Positions 7,636 through 17,900 of a DNA stretch of 26,736 nt are shown here, in pieces. The position numbers and the translations under genes are program-made. Source of the DNA: a virus (Duplodnaviria; Caudoviricetes); IMG/VR virus record IMGVR_UViG_3300004804_000025, positions 1-26,736 of that record. One strand, given 5' to 3'. The notes beneath the pieces are model-generated. The model was not told the origin of the DNA and searched no databases. It saw nothing but the letters and a program-made list of their open reading frames with translations. Within the stretch, counting starts at the first letter, position 1, and each line of letters begins with the position of its first letter.

Positions 7636-9504
7636 ATGGCGGATAATAATCAATCCATAGGAGATTTTTTTTCTGAGTTAGGTGAAGCTTTTCATTTTAA
7701 AGATGGGAAGATAAACATGGCTGGATTTGTGGAAGATTTAGGTAGTGCGGTCTCATCGTTAACTTCATATTCAACAGAAATCAACAAAACGTTTGGTCAA
7801 ACAAGACAAAGAATTACTGAGATTCAAACAACCCTTGCCGACACTTTACCTGGAATTACAAGATTGGGTGGTGGTATGAAAGATGTTCAGGAAACACTAT
7901 CAAGTATTGCCGAAGAAAGTAATAGAAATGTACTTGCAACCACAACTCAAACTGAAAGATTATTTGCAGCAACAAAAGTTACAGGAGAATCTGCAAAAGT
8001 ATTAGTTAAAGATTTTACAGATGTTGGAGTTGGGTTGACCCAAATGAATAGTCAAATTGAAAAAAGTGTAAATTATATTCAGAGTATTGGTGGTAACACA
8101 CAACAAGTGTTTAAGATTGTTACCGCAAACATGGAGCAACTGAATCGTTATCAGTTTGATGGTGGTGTAGAAGGATTAACAAAGATGGCTGCTCAAGCAT
8201 CAATGTTAAGATTCAACATGAATGAAACTTTCAGATTGGCTGATAGAGTTTTGAGTCCTGAAGGTGCTGTTGAAACCGCAGCAGCATTCCAAAGATTGGG
8301 ACTTGCTGTTGGTGGATTGGGCGACCCATTCCAATTAATGAATCAGTCAATTAACGACCCATCAGGTCTTCAAGATAGTTTAGCCAACGTTGCAAAACAG
8401 TTTACATACTTCGATGACAAAACAAAAACATTTAAGATTAATCCACAAGGTGTTTTAACTCTTAAAGAATTAGAAAAACAAACAGGTGTTAGTGCTAGTG
8501 AAATGTCCAAACTTGGACTGGCAGCAAAAGAGGCTGACCAAAGAATATCCGCAATTAATGCTGCGGGATTAAATGTTAAAGAAGAAGATAGAACATTACT
8601 TGCAAACATAGCAAGAATGGGTGATGGTGGTCAGTATGAAGTCGAGGTTAAAGATAAAGATGGTAAACAATATTATGAAAAATTAACAAATCTTACACAA
8701 GACCAATTAGATGCAACAATAAAGCAACAAAAAGACGGACCGAAGACCTTAGAGGATATCGCAAGGGCTCAAATGAATTATAGTGAAGTACTTGTATCCG
8801 ATGTTAAAGCAATTAAAGATAAGGTGGTTTATGGTCTTGCCTCACCGAGAGCTGGATTAGAAGGATTAGAAGGTATTGGAAGATTAGTGACAAATGCTTT
8901 TAGTGGAGAATTATCCAAAGCGGGTAAAACTGATGATTATAGAAAAGTAACTGAGACTGCAATTGAAGATATTAAAGGTTTAGTTAAAGATGTACAAAGT
9001 GGTAAAGGTCTTGGAAACAGTCTTGCAAATCTTTTTGATAAGGTGAATGACCAATCTAAAACAATGGGTGCAGATTTCAAAAAAGGAATGGATAACGTCT
9101 TAGATAAAATTTACAACAAGATAGGTGATAAAACTTATGGTGAAACACTTACCAAGGATTTGATGGGACAATTAATGGGAAAAGATAATACAAAAGGTTC
9201 TGTGAAAACAAATGAAACAAAACCATCATTATACAACCAACTTAATAATGGAGGGGCCACTGCAGAAAATTTAAACCGAGCAACATCAACTACCCCAACA
9301 ACAAACATAACTCAAACTAAAACTAGTGTAGATGTGGGAGGTAAAATTATGGTGGAATTTAGTACACCAAATGGTTCACAGTTAACCCAAAAAATGTTAG
9401 ATGATTGGGCAAATAGTCCACAAACAAAACAATATTTTATGAACCTAACAACACCTAATAACCCACTAAAATCACCTGTAGAAAGAACTATAGGTAACAA
9501 ATAA
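7636..9504 (+). CDS. tail tape measure protein
   Basis: 622 aa, rich in Ala/Gly/Leu/Gln and helical-looking (LTKMAAQASMLR, AAAFQRLG, LKELEKQTGVSASEMSK). It is in the canonical position after tube and chaperone. Confidence 0.8.
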   Translation: MADNNQSIGDFFSELGEAFHFKDGKINMAGFVEDLGSAVSSLTSYSTEINKTFGQTRQRITEIQTTLADTLPGITRLGGGMKDVQETLSSIAEESNRNVLATTTQTERLFAATKVTGESAKVLVKDFTDVGVGLTQMNSQIEKSVNYIQSIGGNTQQVFKIVTANMEQLNRYQFDGGVEGLTKMAAQASMLRFNMNETFRLADRVLSPEGAVETAAAFQRLGLAVGGLGDPFQLMNQSINDPSGLQDSLANVAKQFTYFDDKTKTFKINPQGVLTLKELEKQTGVSASEMSKLGLAAKEADQRISAINAAGLNVKEEDRTLLANIARMGDGGQYEVEVKDKDGKQYYEKLTNLTQDQLDATIKQQKDGPKTLEDIARAQMNYSEVLVSDVKAIKDKVVYGLASPRAGLEGLEGIGRLVTNAFSGELSKAGKTDDYRKVTETAIEDIKGLVKDVQSGKGLGNSLANLFDKVNDQSKTMGADFKKGMDNVLDKIYNKIGDKTYGETLTKDLMGQLMGKDNTKGSVKTNETKPSLYNQLNNGGATAENLNRATSTTPTTNITQTKTSVDVGGKIMVEFSTPNGSQLTQKMLDDWANSPQTKQYFMNLTTPNNPLKSPVERTIGNK

Positions 9505-9508
9505 AAAC

Positions 9509-9527
9509 TATAAATAATCTATTTATA
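9509..9527 (+). promoter_or_regulatory. late promoter element TATTTATA preceded by its inverted copy TATAAATA
   Basis: TATAAATA-ATC-TATTTATA lies in the 36-nt gap before ATG 9541. Confidence 0.5.
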
Positions 9528-9540
9528 TTAAAAATAATAA

Positions 9541-12500
9541 ATGCCAAGTCCTTTAGACTATATTAGTTCAGAAGGGTTTCGAAAGAAACTTATGGTAAGG
9601 AATCTAACTCCTTACAAGAAGTCTCCAAGTATTCCTTCACCACCTATTACATACGAATATCAACAATCAGATATATCGGTACAGGATAGTCCTGACCAAT
9701 TGATTGACGAACCAACGTTTGCTAATAAGTTATACCCTTTGAATGAGTGGGGTGCTGAAGGTGGCTATAGACAAGTTCCTGACCCTAATGGATTAATGAA
9801 TACAATATCCAATCAGGGTGAATATGGTCCTGGACAACAAGATGCTCACATAATTGCAGAAGGATATGATGCTGTTAGATATTGGAGACCACTAAATGCG
9901 TATGCTGATGGTTTAAATGTATTTGATTCTGCGGAGTCTTTTTCATCTTTGGATACTGTTAGGGTAGACCAAGACAGACAAGGTAATGGACAACCTTATC
10001 CTGCAGGGCTTGTGGGTTCAAGTTATACTCCTATATCGATTCTACTTTCTCCTGACCCATTAGGAAGTAATGGATTATTAAGCCAAGACTCATTTATTGC
10101 TCGCTTAGGTGCAAAAGTATTAAGAGATGGATTTCAAAAAAGAATAGCAAGACAAGTTTATCTTGAAACTTTAGCGAAGGCTAACGTTTTTAATGTAAGA
10201 AGTGGAACGGACGTTCTTAATTTAGTGACGGGTAGAGTTCCTTTAATTGAACCTAGCTATGTAATTACTGTTCCATCAAATCCCATTTTAGCGGCAACAG
10301 ATTTTGCATTAAGACTTGCTGGTAGTATTATACCTGTGTCTGAAATACCAGGTTCTTATTTTGACCCATCCGTCAACTCAAAACAACCTACAACAATTCA
10401 ACAGCTTAATAATGCTTTTAGACAAAGTACCTTAGGTAATTTGGTTACAGGAATATTAGGTGCTGGAAACACAGGTTCACAAATCATGTATAACAACATG
10501 GGTGGTGGACAAAAATCGAGACTGTTTGGTAATATTGATTACAACAGATACAAACCATATTTTGAAAGAACATTATTTGATAGATTAGGAGGTGCCCTTG
10601 TCGGTTCAACAACTAATAACTCCAATTATTATATTGGTTCAGTTAATAGCGAACCGTCAAATATTTTCTCGCCAGCTGGTTCACAACCAATTAACTCATA
10701 TGGTATACCTCAAAAGTCACCAGTATTTGGACCATCAGAGTTGGCACAACTTTATGAAGGACCAAGCCAATCAATTAGATTGGGTGCTAACGGACCTACT
10801 TATAGTAATGGTGGTGGTATTGAGGGTGGATTTACATGGGTATCACCGAAGTATAAAGAGAATGCTGGTTTTACGGTTGGTGTTGGTGGAGTTATAGTCA
10901 ACAAAAGTGATAATAAACCGTCATCATATAATTCAACAGAGTCAACTAATAATAAATTCAAGGACGGTTCAATCTTAGATAAGACTCAAAGAATTATTGA
11001 TAGCCAACCACAAGGAGGTAAAAGATTACAACACGCTGGTAATGCTATTGACCAAGTGAGTAAGGTCTTTAATGATGGGTATAAAGAGCTTACAAAGGGT
11101 TCTAGAGTTATTACCTACACAGGTAATATTGGTCAAGAAGTTGGTACAGAATATTGTAGAGTATTTGCTAAAGATATACCTTACTTAAATTATAGAAATC
11201 TTCAAAAAGTAGATGGAATTACTGTTAACGGTAGAAGATTTGGCAATTCGGTTTTTGATAATACATATAACTTAAACATTGTTCCAAACAAACAAGAAGG
11301 TGGACAAAGTTCAACTAACTTAATTAATGGACCTGGTGGTACTAGTACAAACGCAGCTTATGCTAAGAAGTACATGTTTTCAATTGAGAACCTTGCTTGG
11401 AGAACATCAAACACACCTGGATTCACCGCTCAAGATTTATCTATATGTGAAAGAGGTCCCAACGGAGGTAGAGTTATGTGGTTTCCACCTTACGGATTAA
11501 CATTTACGGAGTCAGTTACCGCAAACTGGAACACAAGTGATTTCTTGGGAAGACCTGAGCCAATATACACCTATAAAAATACTTCAAGAGGAGGTTCTTT
11601 AACTTGGAAAATAGTTGTGGACCACCCCTCAATCCTTAACACAATTGTTAATAAAGTCCTTAGTAATGAATCAAATAAAGAAAGAGTCAACTCAATTATA
11701 GATTCATTCTTTGCGGGATGTAGAAAGTATGATATCTATGAACTGGCCAAGAAATATTATACTGTAAATCCAAATGATTTATACCTGCTTCAAACTGCAA
11801 TTACTTCAAAAGAATTAACAAGAGAACAATTAATTGTAACCAAAGAAACAATTCAATCAGGATTTAATAATCCTACTAGTGGTGGGGACCAAAATGCTCA
11901 ATCAACAACAAACGATGATTATTGGAAAAAATACAACAATATTGCTGGATATTTTAGTAACGATTATCCAAAAAAAACAACTACAATACCAGGTTATGTT
12001 GATGAATATAATGAATATCTTGGTGAGAAAGATACGTATACAAGTAAACCAAACGGTTCACAATTAGGTACATTTTATGATAGTGTTATAACACCAAATT
12101 ATAACACATTAAATGATATTGCTAAGGATTTAAATACACAATTAACACAATATCCTATTGGTAACATAACAATAACAATTGATGCGACTTGTTCCGCACC
12201 CGCAACCCAATCTTATAATAGAGAACTGGCGGACAGAAGAATCAAATCATTAATCAGATTTTTCACAGATAATACTAACACGTCCACTTTTGTTGCAAAA
12301 CAAAGATTAATATTAAAACCAGGAACGGCTTTTGGTGAAAATGCTCAAGTATTACAATTTGATAGTGCGAAAAAAGCATTTATACCAGGTACCACTGTAA
12401 GCTGTACTGACAATGATGGACAAGCAGTTGGAGGGGATACTCAATCAATTTCTCATCAACAGTATACAACAAATGCAATGGCATGTAGAAGAGCATACAT

Positions 12501-14580
12501 TAGTAACATACACTCAACACTTAAACAACCTGAGGTTTTGCCAACGCCAAATTATGTAACGGTAACAAAAAATAATGTTGTAACAGATACTATCAAAACT
12601 ACAGAACTTGAAAAAACTTGGAAACCAAGGGATAATATTACTAAGTTTGTTTTAAGGTCTCTATTGTCTGAGTGTGATTATTTTGAAACGGTAAAAGAAG
12701 CCAGCCCAATGGTTTATGATAATTTGAGAGAAAAGTTGAAGTTTTTTCAACCAGCGTTTCACTCAATGACTCCTGAAGGATTGAATACAAGATTAACATT
12801 TTTACAACAATGTATGAGACCTGGAGATACAATACCAACTATCAAAGATATTGGTGGTTCAACTGTACTACAATACAACGAAGCTACTAATACGTCTTTT
12901 GGTGCACCTCCTGTTTTAATATTGAGAATAGGTGATTTTTATAATACAAAAATAATACCAACAACTTTAGGTATTACCTATGAGGAATTGGATATAAATC
13001 CTGAAGGTATTGGAGTTCAACCAATGATTGCAAATGTAACCATGGCATTTAATTTTGTAGGTGGTAGTGGATTAAAAGAATCAATCGACAAATTACAAAA
13101 TGCTTTAACATTTAACTATTACGCTAACACAGAGATTTATGATGATAGAGCGGATTCTACTGATAAAGAAGAATTTTTAGCAGTGTTAGACCAACAGTTT
13201 TTACAAGGTATAAATCCTCCTGGTCCTCCAGCATTAAACCAAGCGGCACCAGCAGCAGGTCAAAGTAATAATGCAACTATTGGCTCAATACTAACTTCAA
13301 ATGTACAAGCGTCTGGTGAAACAGGAACAATAGGTTATGGTGACTTTATGACTAAAGTTGTTGCGGATTCTCAAACATATTTTACAAATATTTTGAATAA
13401 AAACAAAGAAGTTTTGAGTCAATATAATAATGCAATGCGACAACAATGGATGGTATCAAGAAATTATTATAAAGGGAATCTTCTAACAAGTACCCCTGAC
13501 GTACAAATTTTTGGTAAACCAACAGGATTACAATCACGAATCGATGAAATATTCATAACTTTAGTAGACAACATTTCAAAGGGGGACGAAGGTTTTATCA
13601 AATTCATATCTAACACATCAAAGAATTTTTCTTCTAGATTAATTCAAACCGTTAAAGATAATTATGTTAATTTTTTGAATAGTAAAAAATCTTCATTTCA
13701 AACACCCGTATATAAAACAATTCAAGATTTAGTTAATATAGAACAAGGGTATATCCAAACACTTGCTAAAGTTAATACAATAACATACCCTGGTACCGCA
13801 AACACAGGTACAGATGGATTACAGGCCAAATCAGGACCCGTAAAAGTTTATGTGACTGAAGGCACAAAAGATGTTTCAACATCGTCAAATGGAGCTGCAA
13901 ATACATTAGTTGAATTAATTAATGACGTTACAAAAGTTCAACAAGATTTAATTGCATTTAATGATACAATATCAATACCTACAACTTTTACTTATTCTGG
14001 TGATAAACAAGAATACTCCGCTCCATTTGTATTTACGCTTCAAAACGACGGAACAACTAATCAACTTAAAACAGTTGATGTGTTTAATCCTTTTAGTAAA
14101 ACTGATTTGTTTAATGATAGTAATAGAAGTTTCAGGAGAGTTTACATGTTATTATCTAATGATGTTACCGATAGTAAAAAATATGAAACCTTTAAAAAAG
14201 CACTTATTGGTAATATTATTGGTAATAGTTCAATCATTGGAAAAGGTCAGGATGATATTGAACTTCAGTTTGATGCATATTGGGATAAAATAGCAAAGCC
14301 AGCGTTCAATACTGAAACAAATATTACAACGGAATTTATAAATAATTTGGAAAAAGATAAACTCAAGAAATATTTGATTTATACTCCTTTCGATGCAAAG
14401 AAAAGAGTTTTCACATACAATTCACAACCTGTAAGTATTGTTGCAAATAAAACAGCCCAAGAAAATTTAATCAAAGGATTAGGTGCTACAGGAAACCAAA
14501 ACACAAACAAATTAACGTGGGATGACGCTAACGGAACTGCTGGTTTCGGAAGTTTCATTTCAAAAGCAAAACTTAACTAA
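9541..14580 (+). CDS. large baseplate / tail-tube-initiator-like protein with internal OmpA-like domain
   Basis: Tube-fold halves (FTESVTANWNTSDFLGRPEPIYTYKNTSR; APPVLILRIGDFY...PMIANVTMAF) flank an OmpA-C-like segment (ITIDATCSAPATQSYNRELADRRIKSL...AFGE...CRRAYI). It lies between the tape measure and the LysM gene. Confidence 0.7.
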   Translation: MPSPLDYISSEGFRKKLMVRNLTPYKKSPSIPSPPITYEYQQSDISVQDSPDQLIDEPTFANKLYPLNEWGAEGGYRQVPDPNGLMNTISNQGEYGPGQQDAHIIAEGYDAVRYWRPLNAYADGLNVFDSAESFSSLDTVRVDQDRQGNGQPYPAGLVGSSYTPISILLSPDPLGSNGLLSQDSFIARLGAKVLRDGFQKRIARQVYLETLAKANVFNVRSGTDVLNLVTGRVPLIEPSYVITVPSNPILAATDFALRLAGSIIPVSEIPGSYFDPSVNSKQPTTIQQLNNAFRQSTLGNLVTGILGAGNTGSQIMYNNMGGGQKSRLFGNIDYNRYKPYFERTLFDRLGGALVGSTTNNSNYYIGSVNSEPSNIFSPAGSQPINSYGIPQKSPVFGPSELAQLYEGPSQSIRLGANGPTYSNGGGIEGGFTWVSPKYKENAGFTVGVGGVIVNKSDNKPSSYNSTESTNNKFKDGSILDKTQRIIDSQPQGGKRLQHAGNAIDQVSKVFNDGYKELTKGSRVITYTGNIGQEVGTEYCRVFAKDIPYLNYRNLQKVDGITVNGRRFGNSVFDNTYNLNIVPNKQEGGQSSTNLINGPGGTSTNAAYAKKYMFSIENLAWRTSNTPGFTAQDLSICERGPNGGRVMWFPPYGLTFTESVTANWNTSDFLGRPEPIYTYKNTSRGGSLTWKIVVDHPSILNTIVNKVLSNESNKERVNSIIDSFFAGCRKYDIYELAKKYYTVNPNDLYLLQTAITSKELTREQLIVTKETIQSGFNNPTSGGDQNAQSTTNDDYWKKYNNIAGYFSNDYPKKTTTIPGYVDEYNEYLGEKDTYTSKPNGSQLGTFYDSVITPNYNTLNDIAKDLNTQLTQYPIGNITITIDATCSAPATQSYNRELADRRIKSLIRFFTDNTNTSTFVAKQRLILKPGTAFGENAQVLQFDSAKKAFIPGTTVSCTDNDGQAVGGDTQSISHQQYTTNAMACRRAYISNIHSTLKQPEVLPTPNYVTVTKNNVVTDTIKTTELEKTWKPRDNITKFVLRSLLSECDYFETVKEASPMVYDNLREKLKFFQPAFHSMTPEGLNTRLTFLQQCMRPGDTIPTIKDIGGSTVLQYNEATNTSFGAPPVLILRIGDFYNTKIIPTTLGITYEELDINPEGIGVQPMIANVTMAFNFVGGSGLKESIDKLQNALTFNYYANTEIYDDRADSTDKEEFLAVLDQQFLQGINPPGPPALNQAAPAAGQSNNATIGSILTSNVQASGETGTIGYGDFMTKVVADSQTYFTNILNKNKEVLSQYNNAMRQQWMVSRNYYKGNLLTSTPDVQIFGKPTGLQSRIDEIFITLVDNISKGDEGFIKFISNTSKNFSSRLIQTVKDNYVNFLNSKKSSFQTPVYKTIQDLVNIEQGYIQTLAKVNTITYPGTANTGTDGLQAKSGPVKVYVTEGTKDVSTSSNGAANTLVELINDVTKVQQDLIAFNDTISIPTTFTYSGDKQEYSAPFVFTLQNDGTTNQLKTVDVFNPFSKTDLFNDSNRSFRRVYMLLSNDVTDSKKYETFKKALIGNIIGNSSIIGKGQDDIELQFDAYWDKIAKPAFNTETNITTEFINNLEKDKLKKYLIYTPFDAKKRVFTYNSQPVSIVANKTAQENLIKGLGATGNQNTNKLTWDDANGTAGFGSFISKAKLN

Positions 14581-14906
14581 TGGCAGCTTCACAATATTGG
14601 AATAGATATAGTCAATTTTTAATTAATGGTGAACAAACCGTTGTTCCTTTTGTTAATTTACCACAAAAAACAACTGATAAGGCTTACATATATAAAGTCG
14701 CTAAAAGTAGATTGGATAGAGCTTCACAAGAATTTTATAATTCACCATACTTTGGATGGTTGATATTACAAGCCAATCCTAAATTTGGAGGACTTGAAAA
14801 TTATATTTATGATGGTGCTATATTGATTATTCCATTTCCTCTACTACCATCTTTACAAGATTATAAGGCGGCGGTAGAAAATCATTTTTATTATTATGGC
14901 AGGTAA
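14580..14906 (+). CDS. LysM-like baseplate wedge protein (T4 gp53 / P2 gpX-like)
   Basis: 108 aa. YIYKVAKSRLDRASQEFYNSPYFGWLILQANP...GAILIIP matches the LysM-like baseplate pattern. It is coupled to the previous ORF by TAATG. Confidence 0.85.
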   Translation: MAASQYWNRYSQFLINGEQTVVPFVNLPQKTTDKAYIYKVAKSRLDRASQEFYNSPYFGWLILQANPKFGGLENYIYDGAILIIPFPLLPSLQDYKAAVENHFYYYGR

Positions 14907-17900
14907 CATTCAAGCGGATAACAGCGGAAACATTTATGTTGAATTTGACTATAATAACATTATCGTAGTTGACCCAAACAAAACCATCGATAACCAAGGT
15001 AAAATTCAAGAAAGATTAGTAGACCACGAAAAATTGGTAATGTATGCTAACCTTGAAGCTGAAGTATTGCCAAGAACAAAACTAGCCGTAGGAGCATCAC
15101 CCACAGATAAAATACGAACTATTTCAGTTGCAAAGATAGATTTCTTAAAACCAACAAAAAATTCTTATTTAAGTACAGGGTATTATGATGAAATAACAGG
15201 TAATAATACCACAAAGTTTAAGGGTGAAAATCAAATGTTATCTAGCGTTCAAGTCCCAAAAGACGGAAGTAAACCTTATGTTGTAGACCAACCAGCGGAT
15301 TTGAAAAATATTATGGACAATGGTCTTTTGGGTATAAGTGATATTTCGATATCAACAAACAGTTCTTTCATTCCTTCGGTAAAAATTAAATTACAAGATA
15401 TACAAGGAAGAGCATTATTTCAATTAGGAAATAATTCACCATATGCTGCTTTTTTTAATTTACCGTACCCACCATTTTTTTTAACCTTAAAAGGTTATTA
15501 TGGGCAAGCAATAAGGTATCAATTGAATCTTGAAAAATTCAATGCAAGATTTAATTCATTTAGTGGTAATTACGAAGTAGATTTAGAATTCAGAGGATAT
15601 AAATTCAATATTTTGAATGAAGTTTCTATGGGACACTTATTGGCGTTACCACATATGTATACTCAACAATTCAGTGTTGCTCAAACACCAGTTGGACCAC
15701 AACAAACAAATAAAAGTGCTGAATCACAAGCTTCAACACAAGTAGGACAGATTAAAAATAATGCGACAGGTAGCGACCAAGTTGTCGGTTCAATATATAC
15801 AAACAAAGGATATCAAAAAATTGTTGAGGTTTATAGTGATTATAAATCAAAAGGATTAATCCCTCCTGATTTTCCAGAACTAACATTAGTTCAATTAATG
15901 AATAAACTTCAAACTTTTGAACAGACAATTCAAGATTCTTATTTTAAAGCTGAAGTTGAATCTTTAACAAATATTAGAACATATAAAGAGTATCTTCAAG
16001 AATATTTCAACGAGATAAGAGGAGATAATTCTTGGTTTTCTAAATACTTGAATCCAAGACCGATTATTTTAACAAATAATTCTGGTAAGATTTATGTGTT
16101 TAATAATATAGATTTGAAAGATAAAGATGATGCAATTGAAAGACTTAAAAATGATATTAAGGTTTTCAACCAATATTTAGCTGGCAACCCAACTTTGGGA
16201 GATGCTGGACCATCAAAAATCCCAAATCCTATAAAATATGATACTATAGTTTTTACTTCACCATCAAAAGAACAAATAGATTGGGCGGCGACCACAACTC
16301 AACAAACAGGAATTCCTAATCCAACCGAAGTACAAAAGCAAAAAGTAATTGATAGTTATTCAGGTTTATTTACACCTGTAGTAGCTATAGATAAAAATAA
16401 TAATGCGGTTGATGTAAGACCTAAATTTTTTATTTTCGAAGGGGACGGAAGGTTTGATAAGACAATTGCTTCAATTGATTCACAGGCAACAAAAAAACTT
16501 CAAGAGTATGAGGCAGACATCAGTGCAAAACTTTTAAAGAAATTAGAAGACCGTACTAAAGGTTTAGGATTTAGACCTACAGTTAGAAATATGATGGCGG
16601 TTGTTTTAGCATCGGCTGAAGCATTTTTAAGATTAATGGATGATGTTCATACGAATGCTTGGTCATTAAAAAATGACCCTGTAAGAAAAAGTGCAATATT
16701 AAATAATATTTCATCAGCCCAAAGTTCTGATAGTAGAGATAATCTTCCTGTTGCACCACAATCATTATCTGACAATTCAAACTATGACTATTCACAAATT
16801 CCAATTTATCCGTGGCCTCAATTTTTTGTTGAAACACCTGAAGATAAAAAGGGTAGATTTCAATTAAAATATATTGGAGACCCTTCAGTTTCAGATTTAA
16901 CACAAGGATATCTATATGATAAATGGCCTGAGGTTGAGTTTGTAGAGGAATATTTGAAAGGACTCACTAAAAAATTCAACGCTCCTGAAGTACCTGATAC
17001 GTTACAAAATCAAAATTATACTAATAATATTAATATTAATGCAATCGAGTTTCCGTCTGCAGGATTAACATATCTAAATAAAGAAGAGTTAAAATTCTTT
17101 TATGAAATTTGGGAAAGACAATTTCTAACATCTCATTATTCAGGATTAATTAGAGCCAACTCAAACCAAATAAATGATTTGATAAAGTTAAATAGTGAGG
17201 CTGAGGTTAATAACATTTACGATAGTATCAATATTAGTGCGCCTTATCTTAGTTTGAAATTAAAAAACTATGATTTGAATGCGCAGAATTATGTACAAAA
17301 TCTTGAAAACTTTTCGAACGGAGGTACAGGAAAATCATACCAAGACTTTATAAGAGATTTTTTTGTTACACCATATATCAGAACAATAACAGAAAACCCA
17401 ACAGCAATTCTTAGTACACTTGAATTAGGTCAAATACCACAGATGCATACAGACTCGGTGGCTTTGAAAAATTTAATTGCAGTTGCGACAAACGATAAAT
17501 TGATTGTTGATGTATTACCATTTTCGGACCCAAATTGGTGTTTAAATAATTTACCTGATGGAGCCAAAACTCAAAACAATGAAGTTTATAGTACAAAAAA
17601 ATCTTTAACGGTTTTTGAACCAAGGAAGATAATTTCAAATTTTAATGATGTCTATAATTTTACTTATAACAGACCTGTAACAAACTTCTCATACACTCAC
17701 TACGCTAACCCAACAATAGATGCATTAACAAATGTTAAGAATGGTTATGGATTAACTTCTTTTTATACATTAAGAACACCAAATAATTTTGCATTAACGG
17801 AAGGTAAATGCAGTTACGTATCGCCAGTACATAATGAGCCAACAGCATCAATAGCAACTTTGTTGACTGGAGGATTACCTTATACAAAAACAACTTCTTT

